This document shows positions 34,705-46,100 of a stretch of DNA of 64,000 nucleotides, piece by piece. The notes beneath the pieces are model-generated. The model was given only the letters and a program-made list of their open reading frames with translations. It was not told the origin of the DNA and searched no databases. Numbering within the stretch: position 1 is the stretch's first letter; each line of letters begins with the position of its first letter. The position numbers were made by a program, and so were the translations under genes. Origin of the DNA: Planctomycetota bacterium. Its GTDB lineage: Bacteria; Planctomycetota; UBA1135; UBA2386. Location: NCBI GenBank assembly GCA_046290465.1, contig JBKAGP010000001.1:1280001-1344000 (forward strand), in the 5' to 3' direction.

Positions 34705-37410
34705 ATGGCGAAGCGGCTCTTCCTGATCGACGGCACGGCACTGGCATATCGAAGCTTCTTCGCGTTCCAGGGAACCGGGCGATCGCCGCTGACCACCGAG
34801 GACGGCCACCCGACGGCGGCGACCTACGGCTTCTGCATGACGCTGCGCGCGCTGATCGAGCGCGAGAGCCCCGACGCGATCGCGATCGCGTTCGACGGGC
34901 CGCGCAGCGACCTGCTGCGCACCAAGATCTACCCGGAGTACAAGTCGACCCGGACCAAGATGCCGGACGAGATGGCGGTGCAGCTCGACGACATCCGCGC
35001 CGCGGTCGAAGCGTTCGGGCTGCCGGTCGTCTCCAGCGACGAGCACGAGGCCGACGACGTCATCGGCACGCTGGCCGTGCGCGGGCGCGAGCACGGCATG
35101 CAGGTGTTCATCGTCACCGGCGACAAGGACTTCCTGCAGATCGTCGACGACCACATCCAGCTGTGGAACCTGCGCAGCTCGACCAGCAAGCCGGAGATCT
35201 TCGACCCCGCCGCGTGCGAGGCGAAGTGGGGCCTGCCGCCGACCGCCATCGTCGACATGCTGGCGCTGATGGGCGACAGCTCCGACAACGTGCCGGGCGT
35301 GCCCAAGGTCGGCAAGAAGACGGCGGTCGACCTGCTGACGCAGTTCGGTTCGATCGACGGCATCTACGAGCACCTCGACGAGGTCAAGAAGCCGTCGATC
35401 CAGAAGACGCTGACCGAAAACAAGGACCTCGCCGAACTGTCCAGGCAACTGGTGACGCTGCAGCTCGACCTCGACCTCGACGTCGACGTCGCCGATCTCG
35501 GGCCGGCCGAGCCCGACCCGGAGCAACTGCGGCCGCTGTTCCAGCGACTGCAGTTCAAGAACCTGCTGGCCGACCTCGCCGCCAAGAAGGCGCCGCAGGA
35601 GGACATCGAGCAACACTACGACCTGGTGCAGGACGACGAAGGGCTGGCGAAGTTGCTCGACCAGGTCCGCGGCTGCGACGAGGTCGCGATCGCCGCCGAG
35701 ACCTCGGGCATGTCGCTGCGCAAGCGCAAGCTGGTCGGCATCTCGTTCGCCACCAGCGCCGGCGTCGCAACCTACGTGCCGCTCGACGACGACAACCGCC
35801 AGCAGCGACTGGACGCGCTGCAGGAACTGCTGGCCGCGCCGAAGCCGAAGAAGCACTGCCACGACCTGAAGCGGCTGCTGGCGGCCCTGCGCCCGCTCGG
35901 CGTGAGCCTCGGCGGCGTCGACCTCGACACCATGCTCGCCAGCTACTGCAGCGAGCCGGGGCTGCGCTCCCACTCGCTCGCCGACCTGGCGCTGCAGCAC
36001 TTCGCGTTCAAGAAGACCTCCGAGAAGGACGTCGTCGGCAGCGGCAAGAAGCAGCGCACGTTCGCCGAGGTCGACCCGTCGCTGGTCGGCAACTACGTCA
36101 GCGAGGAGGCCGACCTGGTGCTGCGGCTCAGCACGCCGCTGCGCGAACAGCTCGAGCGCGCCGGCACCACCGCGCTCTACCGCGACCTCGAACTGCCGCT
36201 GGTCCCGGTGCTGCTCGACATGGAGTGGGAGGGCATCGCGATCGACACCGAGCACCTGCGCAAGCTGTCGGCCGAACTGCAGGACCGCATCGAGGACCTG
36301 CAGGAGCGCGTGTTCGAGCGGGCCGGCCACGAGTTCAACCTCGGCTCGCCGGCGCAGCTCGGCAAGGTGCTGTTCGACGAGCTCGAGGTGCACCGCGCGG
36401 CCGACATCAGCAAGCCGCGCCGCACCCCCACGGGTCAGTACAAGACCGACCACGAGGTGCTCGAGAAGGTCGCCGACAAGCACGAGGTGCCGCAATTGGT
36501 GCTCGAGTGGCGTCAGCTGACCAAGCTCAAGTCGACCTACATCGACAGCCTGCCGGCGTTGGTGCAGCCCGACAGCAAGCGCGTGCACACGACGTTCAAC
36601 CAGGCGGTCGCCGCGACCGGACGCCTCAGCAGCGAAGACCCCAACCTGCAGAACATCCCGATCCGCACCGAGGAGGGCCGGCGGGTGCGCGCCGCGTTCG
36701 TGCCGCGCAAGAAGGGCTGGACGCTGCTGTCTGCGGACTACTCGCAGATCGAGCTGCGCATCCTGGCGCACCTGTCCGAGGACAAGGCGCTGGTCGAGTC
36801 GTTCCGCAAGGGTGAGGACATCCACGCGCGCACCGCAGCGATCGTGCACGGCATGCTGCCGAACATGGTCACGCCCGAGCTGCGCAACCAGGCCAAGATC
36901 GTCAACTACGGCCTGATGTACGGCATGGGCGCCTCGCGCCTGGCCAACGAGACCGGCATGCGCCCGCCCGAGGCGAAGAAGTTCATCAAGAGCTACTTCC
37001 GCGCGCTGCCGGGCGTGAAGGAGTACCTCGACGGTTCGCTCGAGCATGCGCGCACCGAGAAGGAGGCGCGCACGATGTTCGGCCGCCGCCGGCCGCTCGG
37101 CGACATCGACTCGACCAACGCCATGCAGCGCATCGCCGCCGAGAACATGGCGGTCAACACCCCCATCCAGGGCGCCGCGGCCGACATCGTCAAGCGCGCC
37201 ATGCTGGCCGTGCACACAGCCCTGCAGGAGCGCAAGCTCGAAGCCAGGCTGCTGCTGCAGGTGCACGACGAACTGGTGCTCGACGTGCCCGACGACGAAG
37301 TCACCGAGGTCGAACGGCTGGTCCGCGACGCGATGGTCGGCGCCGCCGAGCTCGCGGTGCCGCTCGAGATCTCGATGGGCACCGGACCCAACTGGCTGGT
37401 CGCGCACTGA
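34705..37410 (+). CDS. polA: DNA polymerase I
   Basis: 5'-3' exonuclease motifs (LIDG, EADDVIG, GDSSDNVPGV) and polymerase motifs (TGRLSS, ADYSQIELR, KIVNYGLMYG, QVHDEL). Confidence 0.97.
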   Translation: MAKRLFLIDGTALAYRSFFAFQGTGRSPLTTEDGHPTAATYGFCMTLRALIERESPDAIAIAFDGPRSDLLRTKIYPEYKSTRTKMPDEMAVQLDDIRAAVEAFGLPVVSSDEHEADDVIGTLAVRGREHGMQVFIVTGDKDFLQIVDDHIQLWNLRSSTSKPEIFDPAACEAKWGLPPTAIVDMLALMGDSSDNVPGVPKVGKKTAVDLLTQFGSIDGIYEHLDEVKKPSIQKTLTENKDLAELSRQLVTLQLDLDLDVDVADLGPAEPDPEQLRPLFQRLQFKNLLADLAAKKAPQEDIEQHYDLVQDDEGLAKLLDQVRGCDEVAIAAETSGMSLRKRKLVGISFATSAGVATYVPLDDDNRQQRLDALQELLAAPKPKKHCHDLKRLLAALRPLGVSLGGVDLDTMLASYCSEPGLRSHSLADLALQHFAFKKTSEKDVVGSGKKQRTFAEVDPSLVGNYVSEEADLVLRLSTPLREQLERAGTTALYRDLELPLVPVLLDMEWEGIAIDTEHLRKLSAELQDRIEDLQERVFERAGHEFNLGSPAQLGKVLFDELEVHRAADISKPRRTPTGQYKTDHEVLEKVADKHEVPQLVLEWRQLTKLKSTYIDSLPALVQPDSKRVHTTFNQAVAATGRLSSEDPNLQNIPIRTEEGRRVRAAFVPRKKGWTLLSADYSQIELRILAHLSEDKALVESFRKGEDIHARTAAIVHGMLPNMVTPELRNQAKIVNYGLMYGMGASRLANETGMRPPEAKKFIKSYFRALPGVKEYLDGSLEHARTEKEARTMFGRRRPLGDIDSTNAMQRIAAENMAVNTPIQGAAADIVKRAMLAVHTALQERKLEARLLLQVHDELVLDVPDDEVTEVERLVRDAMVGAAELAVPLEISMGTGPNWLVAH

Positions 37411-37456
37411 GGGTCGCGCGCTGGGGCTCACGCACTGGGGCTCACGCACTGGGAAG
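37401..37456. repeat. Four 14-bp tandem units overlapping the polA stop
   Basis: CGCGCACTGAGGGT / CGCGCGCTGGGGCT / CACGCACTGGGGCT / CACGCACTGGGAAG. Confidence 0.7.
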
Positions 37457-37505
37457 GGGAAGTGAGCGCCCGGCGGTGCCTCCAGCGGGGCACGCAGCGG
37501 CTCAC

Positions 37506-38507
37506 TCAGCCATCACACTGCTTCTGCAGCCACGCCATCATCACGTAGCCCTCGGCCGTGTGGCGCGGCCCCTGCAGGCACGCGACCCGCCTTGCACTGC
37601 ACTGCACCAGCCGCGCCCGGAAGAACTCGAACAGGATCGAGCCGCTGTCGCGCGCCGCCTCGTCGACGCGGCTGTCGAGCTCGATGCTGGTCAGGCCTTC
37701 CTTCGCCATCCGCACCGACAACCGCTCGAGCTCCTCCGACGAGGTGCCGAACAGGAACTCGCGGAACGCCTGTAGCTCCGTGTCGCCGTAGTCGCCGGAG
37801 GTGAACAGGTCGACGAACTCCTCGTCGCCCCCCTGCGTCATCAGCTGCACCAGTTCGCAGTTGCCGGCCAGCGAGCCGCCGATCACGCGCACCCGCAGCC
37901 GGGCCTCCCAGGTCGCGTCGAGGATCGGAAAGAACTCGTTCACGCGCCAGGTCAGCCGGTTGCCCCACAGCTGCGCCAGGTTGCGCACGCCCTGTGCGCG
38001 CACCTCGCGCTCGACCGAGCCGTCGGTGACCACGTCGGCGAGCACCTCCTCGACCAGCCGCGTGTGCACCGCGGTGCGCAGCCGGCGCGCCGCGATCTCG
38101 CGCAGATGCTTCTTGAGCACGTCGTCCTCGAGGCTGCCGGTCAGGTGCCACAGCATGCGCAGGAAGTTGATCTGCGCCATGTTCATCGAGCGGCCGACCA
38201 GCGCCTGCGTCGGCGCGCGGAACGGGAACGTCGCCTGGTCGGACGACACCATGCGATCGACCAGCGTCTCGAGACCGCGGCGCTTGCCGTAGAGAACCTG
38301 GTCACGCAGCGGCGACGGGTAGCGCTCGAGCAGCTCGCCGAACATGCGCAGGCTCTTGAGCTGGTGCTTGATCATCTTGACCGAGTCGAACGCGTCCTCG
38401 GTCGGACTCTCCTCGAGCGCGGCGACGATCTTCTGCACGAGGTCCAGCTCCTCTGGCCGCAGCGGCTGCGGGCCTTCCTGGGTATGGGCTGAGCTCGTCT
38501 CGCGCAT
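37506..38507 (-). CDS. Hypothetical cytoplasmic protein (about 333 aa)
   Basis: Protein-like helical sequence with GC3-rich codons directly downstream of hisS; no motif recognised. Confidence 0.75.
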   Translation of the reverse strand: MRETSSAHTQEGPQPLRPEELDLVQKIVAALEESPTEDAFDSVKMIKHQLKSLRMFGELLERYPSPLRDQVLYGKRRGLETLVDRMVSSDQATFPFRAPTQALVGRSMNMAQINFLRMLWHLTGSLEDDVLKKHLREIAARRLRTAVHTRLVEEVLADVVTDGSVEREVRAQGVRNLAQLWGNRLTWRVNEFFPILDATWEARLRVRVIGGSLAGNCELVQLMTQGGDEEFVDLFTSGDYGDTELQAFREFLFGTSSEELERLSVRMAKEGLTSIELDSRVDEAARDSGSILFEFFRARLVQCSARRVACLQGPRHTAEGYVMMAWLQKQCDG

Positions 38508-38539
38508 CTGTAGGGAAGTAGTGTACTCCGTATTCGCAG

Positions 38540-39892
38540 TTACGAACGCATCGTCGCGGCGACGTCTTTCACGGCGCAGGCCTGCTGCTCGCCGCGGTCG
38601 AGGTCCTTCAGCGCGACCGTGCCGTCGGCGACCTCCTGCGGACCGAGGATCGCGACGTGCGAGACGCCGATGGCATTGGCGTAGCTGAGCTGCTTCTTCA
38701 TCGCCACCGGGTCGGCATGGATCTCGACGCGCAGGCCGCTCTGCCGCAGCTCGCTGGCCACCGCGATCGCCTGGGCCGCCGAGACCTCCCCCATCCGGCA
38801 CAGCAACAGCTGCGGGCCGATGCCGAGATCGGGGAACATGTCGCGCTCGGTCATCACCAGCAGCACGCGCTCGAGGCCGAGCGAGAACCCGACCGCCGGC
38901 ACCTGCTGCTTCTGGAACATGCCGATCAGGTTGTCGTAGCGACCGCCGCCGCCCATCGAACCGCCGAGCCCCTCGACCTGGATCTCGAAGATCGGTCCGG
39001 TGTAGTAGCTGAGCCCGCGCGCCAGCGTCGGGTCGAACGTCAGGTGCTCCGCCGCGGGCCCCGCCGCCGCGCAGGCGAACAGCTCCTGCAGCTCGCGCGC
39101 CCCGGCCGCGCCCGGACCGTCACCATCGGCCATGCGCTGCAGCGCGCCTTGCTCGCGCATGCGATCGAGCGACGCCAGCAGCCCGTCGGCCTGCGCCGCC
39201 GCGATGCCCTTGTCGGCCAGCTCCTGCTTGACGCCGTCCTCGCCGACCTTGTCGAGCTTGTCGAGCGCGATCAGCGCCAGCGACTCGTGCTCGGCCGCGA
39301 TGCCGGCGTCGGCGACCAGCGCGCGCAGCAGTTCGCGGTGGTTGCTCAGGATGCGGAAGTCCGTGAAGCCGAGTTCGCGCAGCACCGTCGCGATCGCGCC
39401 GCAGACCTCGGCGTCGGCGACCAGGCTCTTTGTGCCGGTGATGTCGACGTCGCACTGGTAGAACTCGCGGAAGCGGCCGCGCGCCGGTCGGTCGGCGCGC
39501 CAGACCGGCTGGATCTGGTAGCGCTTGTAGAACGCCGGCAGGTCCTTGTAGTTGGCGACCACGCGCGCCAGCGGCACCGTCAGGTCGTAGCGCAGCCCCT
39601 CGGCGGCGAGGTCGAGTTCGCCGAGCCCGCCCTCCTTGTCGACGCCGGACTCGATCGCGCGCTTCAGCTTGTCGCGGCGGTGCAGCAGGCGGTAGAGCAG
39701 CTGGTCGCCCTCGGGGCCGTACTTGCCGAGCAGCGTGCTGAGGTTCTCGATGGTCGGCGTCTCGAGCGGCACGAAGCCGAACGACTCGTAAACGCGCTGC
39801 ACGACGCCGAGCACGTGACGGCGCCGGACCACGTCCGGCGCCAGGAAGTCGCGCATGCCGCTCGGGGGCTTCGTCGAGATCGCCTTGCTCAT
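38540..39892 (-). CDS. hisS: Histidine--tRNA ligase
   Basis: PSGMRDF, LRYDLTVP, WRADRPARGRFREFYQCD, ARGLSYYTG, GGGRYDNL, GFSLGLER. Confidence 0.97.
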   Translation of the reverse strand: MSKAISTKPPSGMRDFLAPDVVRRRHVLGVVQRVYESFGFVPLETPTIENLSTLLGKYGPEGDQLLYRLLHRRDKLKRAIESGVDKEGGLGELDLAAEGLRYDLTVPLARVVANYKDLPAFYKRYQIQPVWRADRPARGRFREFYQCDVDITGTKSLVADAEVCGAIATVLRELGFTDFRILSNHRELLRALVADAGIAAEHESLALIALDKLDKVGEDGVKQELADKGIAAAQADGLLASLDRMREQGALQRMADGDGPGAAGARELQELFACAAAGPAAEHLTFDPTLARGLSYYTGPIFEIQVEGLGGSMGGGGRYDNLIGMFQKQQVPAVGFSLGLERVLLVMTERDMFPDLGIGPQLLLCRMGEVSAAQAIAVASELRQSGLRVEIHADPVAMKKQLSYANAIGVSHVAILGPQEVADGTVALKDLDRGEQQACAVKDVAATMRS

Positions 39893-39955
39893 CGTCTCCA
39901 TGGTGTAGCCCGCGCCGCGCGCGAAACCAAACGACCGCTGCGCTACGTTGCTCGA

Positions 39956-41581
39956 ATGGGAACGTTCGCGCGTCGCCTGGGCCTCGCCCTGGTCGCCCTC
40001 TGGCTGTCGTTGTGCGCCTCGCTGCCCGCACAGCAGCAGTCCCCGCAGCTCGACCCCAGGACGGCGGCGGCGCTGCACAGCCTCGCCGAGGACCTGGCCG
40101 AGCGTCGTCAGGCGCTGGTCGCGGCGACCGCGTCGACCGACACGCGGCGCATCGCCGAGCTGACGCTCGAGATCCAGAAGCTGCGCTGGGAGTTCGCCGA
40201 GCTGGCCTCGCACCTCGACGTGCAGGAGTTCGAGCAGCCGGGCAGCGACGGCATCCAGCTGCAGCAGGAGGTCGTCGACCTGATCGCGCCGGTGATCCAG
40301 ACGATCAAGGACGTCACTGCCGAACCGCGCGAGTACGCGGCGCTCGAGAAGCGCCGCGACCAGATCAAGCAGCGACGGGACGTGGCGCTGGCCGCCCGCC
40401 GACGGATCGAGCAGACCCGCGACGCGCTGCCCGACGACAGCCTCGAGCGCGCCGAGGCCGAACGCGAACTGCGCGACCACTGGATCCCGCTGCTCGACGA
40501 GCTCGGCCGCGAGTTGCTGGTCGTCGAAGCCAACCTGCGACGGCGCGACAGCAAGCAGGTCTCGCTGTGGACGCGCGTCACCGACAGCGTGCAGAGCTTC
40601 CTGCAGAGCTCCGGGCTCAACGTGCTGCTGTGCGTCGCGACGTTCCTGCTGGTCTACCTCGGCCTGCGCTGGATCAGCGATCGGTTGCTGCGGCGCAAGC
40701 GCCAGCGCGGCTTCTCGGTGCGGCTGGCCGAGGTGCTGATGCGCGTGATGACGCTGCTGGTCGCGATCGCCGCGACCATGGGCGTGCTCTACGTTCGCAA
40801 CGACTGGCTGCTGCTGCCGATCGGCATCATCTTCCTGGTCGGCGCCGGCTGGGTCGTCGTCAAGACGGCGCCGCTGTTCTTCGAGCAGATCCGGATGATC
40901 CTCAACATCGGGCCGGTCCGCGAGGGCGAACGGCTGATCGTCGACGGCCTGCCCTACCGCGTCGACGCGCTGCAGTTCTACAGCACGCTGGTCAACCCGG
41001 CGCTCAGCGGCGGCCTGCTGCGGGTGCCGGTCCAGGACCTGGTCGGCATGCGGTCGCGGCCGCTCGGCCACGACGAACCGTGGTTCCCGTGCGCCGAGGG
41101 CGAGGTCGTCGCGCTGACCGACGGCATCGTCGGCCGCGTCACCCTGCAGACGCCGGAGGTCGTCGTCGTGGTCGAACGCAGCGACGCGCCGCGCACCTAC
41201 CCGACCGTGGCGTTCCTCGGCATGAACCCGCGCAACCTGTCGCACGGCTTCGAGATCGTGGTGACGTTCGGCATCGACTACCGCCACCTCGAGCACGCCG
41301 TCGCCAAGGTGCCGCAGACTCTCGCCGAGCAGCTGCGTCAGGGGCTCGCCGACGATCCGGACCACGAACAGCTGCGCTCGGTGCGGGTCGAGATCGAGGC
41401 CGCCGGCGACAGCTCGATCGACTACGCGGTGCTGGTCGAGTTCGCCGGGCACGCGGCGCTGCGCTACCACGACCTGCACCGCAAGGTGAACACGCTGCTG
41501 ATCGCCGCCTGCGTCGAGCACGGCTTCGGCATCCGGCTGCCGCAGCTGCGGGTGCACGGCGTCGAACAGCAGGGCGGCTGA
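39956..41581 (+). CDS. MscS-like mechanosensitive channel protein with an N-terminal coiled coil
   Basis: Signal peptide, coiled-coil region, about three TM helices, then LNIGPVREGER and FGIDY MscS-type beta domains. Confidence 0.75.
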   Translation: MGTFARRLGLALVALWLSLCASLPAQQQSPQLDPRTAAALHSLAEDLAERRQALVAATASTDTRRIAELTLEIQKLRWEFAELASHLDVQEFEQPGSDGIQLQQEVVDLIAPVIQTIKDVTAEPREYAALEKRRDQIKQRRDVALAARRRIEQTRDALPDDSLERAEAERELRDHWIPLLDELGRELLVVEANLRRRDSKQVSLWTRVTDSVQSFLQSSGLNVLLCVATFLLVYLGLRWISDRLLRRKRQRGFSVRLAEVLMRVMTLLVAIAATMGVLYVRNDWLLLPIGIIFLVGAGWVVVKTAPLFFEQIRMILNIGPVREGERLIVDGLPYRVDALQFYSTLVNPALSGGLLRVPVQDLVGMRSRPLGHDEPWFPCAEGEVVALTDGIVGRVTLQTPEVVVVVERSDAPRTYPTVAFLGMNPRNLSHGFEIVVTFGIDYRHLEHAVAKVPQTLAEQLRQGLADDPDHEQLRSVRVEIEAAGDSSIDYAVLVEFAGHAALRYHDLHRKVNTLLIAACVEHGFGIRLPQLRVHGVEQQGG

Positions 41582-41584
41582 CGG

Positions 41585-42985
41585 TCAGCGCCGCCGGGCC
41601 GCGCCGAGGAACGTCAACAGCATCGGCCGCAGCAGGTCGTCCTCGCCGTCGAGAGCGTGCAGCGCGGTCTCGATCGTGGTGCCCATCAGCTGCACCGGGC
41701 TCGCGTCACAGCCGTCGCGCACCAGCAGGATCGTGCGGTGCCAGGCGTCGGCGCGCAGCGACGCGTGGTCCTGGTCGCCGAGCAGGTTGAGCAGCGGCGC
41801 CTTGGCGAGGAAGCGGAACGCCTCCGGGCCGCGCCCGGCCTGGCGCAGCGAACGGTCGGCCAGCGGCACCGCCGCCAGCACCCGGCCGGCGAGGCCGTCG
41901 GTCTCCGCGGTCAGCGCGCTGGTCGCCACCGCCAGGCCGCCTTGGCCGTAGCCGGCTGCGAACCGCAGCGGCGCCCGGCCGGCGGACGCGCGCGCCGCGC
42001 GCAGCTCACGGTAGAGCGCGGTCACGCGTTCGCCGTCGGGGTCGTCGACGACCTGCACGACGACCTCGACCCCGGCCGGCCGGCAGACGTCGACGAGCGC
42101 GCGGCCAAGCTGCCGTTCGCGATCGTCGGCGGCGATCCACAGCATCGCGGAGCGGCTCGCACGCGCCTTTGCGTCGCCGCCGGCGGTCGGGTCGCGCAGG
42201 AAGCGCAGCACCGGTTGCGTGACCTGGTCGCGCCGGGTCCCGAACTGGAACATGTAGTTGGCGTGGTCGCGCAGCGCGTAGCGCTCCGAACGCACCGGCA
42301 CGCCGCGGCGGAGCAGCTCGTCGCGCAGCAGCTGGCCGCACAGGGACAGGCCCGGCAGTTCCCGTTCGGCCCACGCGACGTAGGCCGGGCAATCGCCCTC
42401 GTCGGCATACAGCCACGGGCTGGCCTCGCGTCGCCGCCTGGCGTCGAGGCCGAACACGCCATCCAGCGCGACGTGCCGCGCGCGCACGTCGTAGACGCCG
42501 GACAGCAGCACCGCGCCGCGCAGCGCGCGCTTGGGCACTCCGGCGAGCTGCAGCTTGCGGTCGTCGTAGGCCAGCCAGCTGCAGAGGTGCGCGCCGGACG
42601 AGTGCCCCATCACGAACAGGCGGTCGCCGTCGTAGCCGTAGTCGCGGCCGTGGCGGTGCAGGTAGCCGAGCGCGTGCGCGCAGTCGAGCACCATCACGTC
42701 CGGCCTGGCGAACGGAAACAGCTGCGTGTTGATGACCGCGCACGCGAAGCCGTTGCCGGCCAGGGTCTCGCCGATGCGCGCGAACCGCTCCTTGCGGCCG
42801 CCGGTCCACGAACCGCCGTGCACGAACATGACCAGCGGCGGCGGCGCCTCGACCTGCGGCACGAACAGGTCGAGCCGGTTGCGGCGCGGCTGGCGCGCGA
42901 CCTCGGCATACTGCACGTCCTCGTGCACGGCGACCCGTTCTTGGGGCGCGAGGGCGAGCAGCAGCACGCTGACGGCGGTGATCAT
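41585..42985 (-). CDS. Secreted alpha/beta hydrolase (esterase-like) with an extra C-terminal domain
   Basis: FVHGGSWTGG oxyanion motif, GHSSGAH nucleophile elbow, LSGVYD. Confidence 0.85.
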   Translation of the reverse strand: MITAVSVLLLALAPQERVAVHEDVQYAEVARQPRRNRLDLFVPQVEAPPPLVMFVHGGSWTGGRKERFARIGETLAGNGFACAVINTQLFPFARPDVMVLDCAHALGYLHRHGRDYGYDGDRLFVMGHSSGAHLCSWLAYDDRKLQLAGVPKRALRGAVLLSGVYDVRARHVALDGVFGLDARRRREASPWLYADEGDCPAYVAWAERELPGLSLCGQLLRDELLRRGVPVRSERYALRDHANYMFQFGTRRDQVTQPVLRFLRDPTAGGDAKARASRSAMLWIAADDRERQLGRALVDVCRPAGVEVVVQVVDDPDGERVTALYRELRAARASAGRAPLRFAAGYGQGGLAVATSALTAETDGLAGRVLAAVPLADRSLRQAGRGPEAFRFLAKAPLLNLLGDQDHASLRADAWHRTILLVRDGCDASPVQLMGTTIETALHALDGEDDLLRPMLLTFLGAARRR

Positions 42986-43107
42986 GGGAGCAGCGTAGGC
43001 GCCCTACTTTGCACCGCCAAGCCCCGGCCGTTCTTCGCGGCTGGCGGCTGGCGAAGGTTGCAGGATGAACCGCGTACCGTACGGCAACCTACCGTACGGG
43101 GACCTGG

Positions 43108-46100
43108 TCAGTTGGATTTGCCGAGGAGGTAGGCGATCAGGTCGCGGAGTTCGTCGGCGGAGAGGCGGTCGACGAGGTCGGTGGGCATCGGGGAGATCGG
43201 CGACGGCTCGACCTTGGCGACCTGCTCGACGGGGATGCGCATCGGCACCGCGTCGGCCTTGGCCTCGACGACCTCGTAGACCTGCATGTCGCCGTCCCAG
43301 GTCTTGTGCACGACGCCGAAGTAGGCGGTGCCGTCGTGCTTGGTCAGCACCCGGCCGGAGTACTGGTCGCTGACGACCTTCGACGGCGCGAGGATCGACT
43401 CGAGCAGGTCCGTCGGGCGCATCTTGTTCTTCAGGCTGGTCAGATCGGGACCACCGAAGCCGCCCTCGCCTTCGAAGTAGTGGCACGACGCGCAGCCGGC
43501 GGCGTGGAACAGGTTGCGCCCCGACTTCTTGCGTCGGCCGTCGAAGCCCTGCTCGACGAGCGCGGCGATGTCGGCCTCCTGCCAGTCACGGCCGGGCCCC
43601 TTCGGCGGCTTGCTCTGGAAGCGCTGCTTCTTGGCGCGGGCGCGACCGACGACGAACTCGAGCGCCCGGCGGTGCTCGTCGCTGCAGGTCTCCCAGTGGC
43701 CGTCGATGATCCGGATCACGAAGCCGTCGTAGCTGGCCCCACCCGAACGCGTGCGTGCCTGCTCGAGGAAGCGGAACAGCGTGCGGCGCTGCTCGATGGT
43801 CCAACCGTGCCGCACCAGCCGCAGCGCGTCGGCGATCGCCAGCTGGCCGATCGGCGGCATGTTGGCGAGCATCGTGTTGATGACGCCGCCGTAGCTGGCG
43901 TTGCGCGACGCCAGCTCGGTCCATGCCGGCGGCTCGGACGGCCGCATCTCCGCGAGCATCGGCACCGCCTTGGCCAGCAGTCCCGGTGCATCGACGTAGG
44001 CGAGCAGTTCGCAGAGGTCCTGGTCGACGCGTTCGTCGCCGGACGGGAACAGCGGCAGCAGCCGGTCGCTGACCAGCTGGCCGACGCCGCGATCGACCGG
44101 GCCGAGCCGCATCACCGCGAGCGCGTGCGTGCGCAGCCACGCGATGCGCTGCTCGCGGTCGAGCTGGTCGAAGCAGAACCACCCGAGCGCATGAAGCAAC
44201 GGCTGCAGGTCGCGTTCGGAGCCGCGGCGGGCCAGCGCCATCAGGCCGGCGAACGCGCGCTCGGGCCGCGCCGGATCGACGTCCAGCACGGCCTCCCGGA
44301 TGTCACCGGACGGCAGCCGCTCGAGCGCGATGCGCATCGTCACGAACGGATCCATGCCCGAATGCTCGGCGTCGAGGATCTGCTGGGCGGTGCGCGTCTC
44401 GGTCTCGGTCCACGCAACCGGCTCGCCCCAGCGCTCGAGGCTGGCCGGCTCGCCGGCGAGCAGCGGCAGGCGCACCAGACGCGACGGCAGCCCGCGGCCG
44501 CCGGAGACCGTGTAGATGCAGTCCGGCGTGGTCGCGGTCCAGGTCAGGTCGGCGACCGGCCACGGCGCACCGACGATCCACGGCGCGCCCTCGCGGTAGA
44601 GCGTGCCGAACGTCCAGTCGAGGCCGAAGATGCCGCCGCGTTCGCCCGGCACGTAGATCATGCCGGTCGGCGAGCCGGGGCCGATGTCCTGCAGCGGCGG
44701 CGGCGCGTCCGGGTAGTCGGCCGCCCACTTGGCGCTGCCCTTGCGCCAGCCGTAGTCGACGCCGCTCTGGCCGGCGAGCCAGCGCGTCGGGCGGTACCAC
44801 GGCAGGCCGAGGTCCCACTCCATGTCGGCGTCGTAGATCACGACCTGGCCGTTGGGCAGCACCGCGAAGTCGAACGGATTGCGGAAGCCGCAGCAGATCA
44901 GCTCCCAGTGCTTCGCGTCGGGGTCGATCCGATAGAGGCAGCCGCCCGGCGGCGAGTAGCCGCCCCAGAAACCGCGCGCGTCGTTGATGCGCGGCGTCAG
45001 CCGATCCTCCTGCCACTCCGACGGCACCCGGTTGGCGTCGATCGCGGTCAGCCAGGTCATGTTGCCGTTGAGCACCAGCAGGTGCTCGCCGTCGGGCGCA
45101 ACGGCGATCGAGTGCGGACCGTGCTCGCCGCTGCCGTCGAACTCGCGCAGCAGTTCGACGTGCTCGAGCAGGTCGTCGCCGTCCTTGTCGGTGACGCGAT
45201 AGAGGCCGTCCTTGCCGCCGTTGACGACCGCGTAGAGCGCGTCGCGGAACCACAGCAGGCCGTGCGCACCGGACAGCTCTGCCGGCATCCGCGTGAACGT
45301 CGTGACGTCGCCAACCTCGCGCGCCGGCTCGATCCGGAACAGCCCGGCCTGGCGCTGGTCGCACGAATAGAGGCGGCCCTCGTCGTCGGCGCACAGCGAC
45401 ACCCACGAACCGAGCGAGCGCGGGATCTCGAGCAGCGTCATCGCGCCGTCGACCGGTCCGCCCGCCGCCATGCGCAGGTCGTCGGCCGGGAACGCGACCT
45501 GTGGTGCGTATTCGTCGACGTTGCTGCCGAGCGCGTCGGCACCGACGGTGCCGCTCCAGACGACGTCGCCACCGAGCGCGCCGAGCACGGTCACGCGGGG
45601 CCACGCCACGTCCGAGAAGCCGGGCGCGTCCCAGCCGTCGGGGTCGTCGGCGCTGCAGCGCCAGTGCTGGTCGCTGACGACCTCGCGCACCTGGACCCCC
45701 TCGCGCCACGCCAGCCGCGCGGCCATGCCGGCCGGGCCGCCGTCGTTCCACGCGTGCACCGCGATCACGTTCTCGCCCGGCCTCAGGTACGCGGCGACGT
45801 CGAGCAACGTCGGCGACTCCCACGAGTCGTCGCTGCCGGCCCGCTCGCCGTTGACGTAGATGCGGCAGTGGTTGTCGACCGTCACCCCGAGGCGCGCCTT
45901 GTCGGGCACCGAGTCCAGGCGGAACGAACGCCGGAAGAACAGTTCCTCTTCTTCCTCCGGCGAATCGTCCCAGAGCCACTGCGGCACGGCGCCCTGCGCG
46001 CGCTCCTGCGCCAGCTCGGCCTTGCGGGCATGGGCGCGCAGCAGCGGCGGCACGCTGCCGCGCCAGTTGTCGTGCGCCTTGCCGGAGAACTCGCGCAGCT

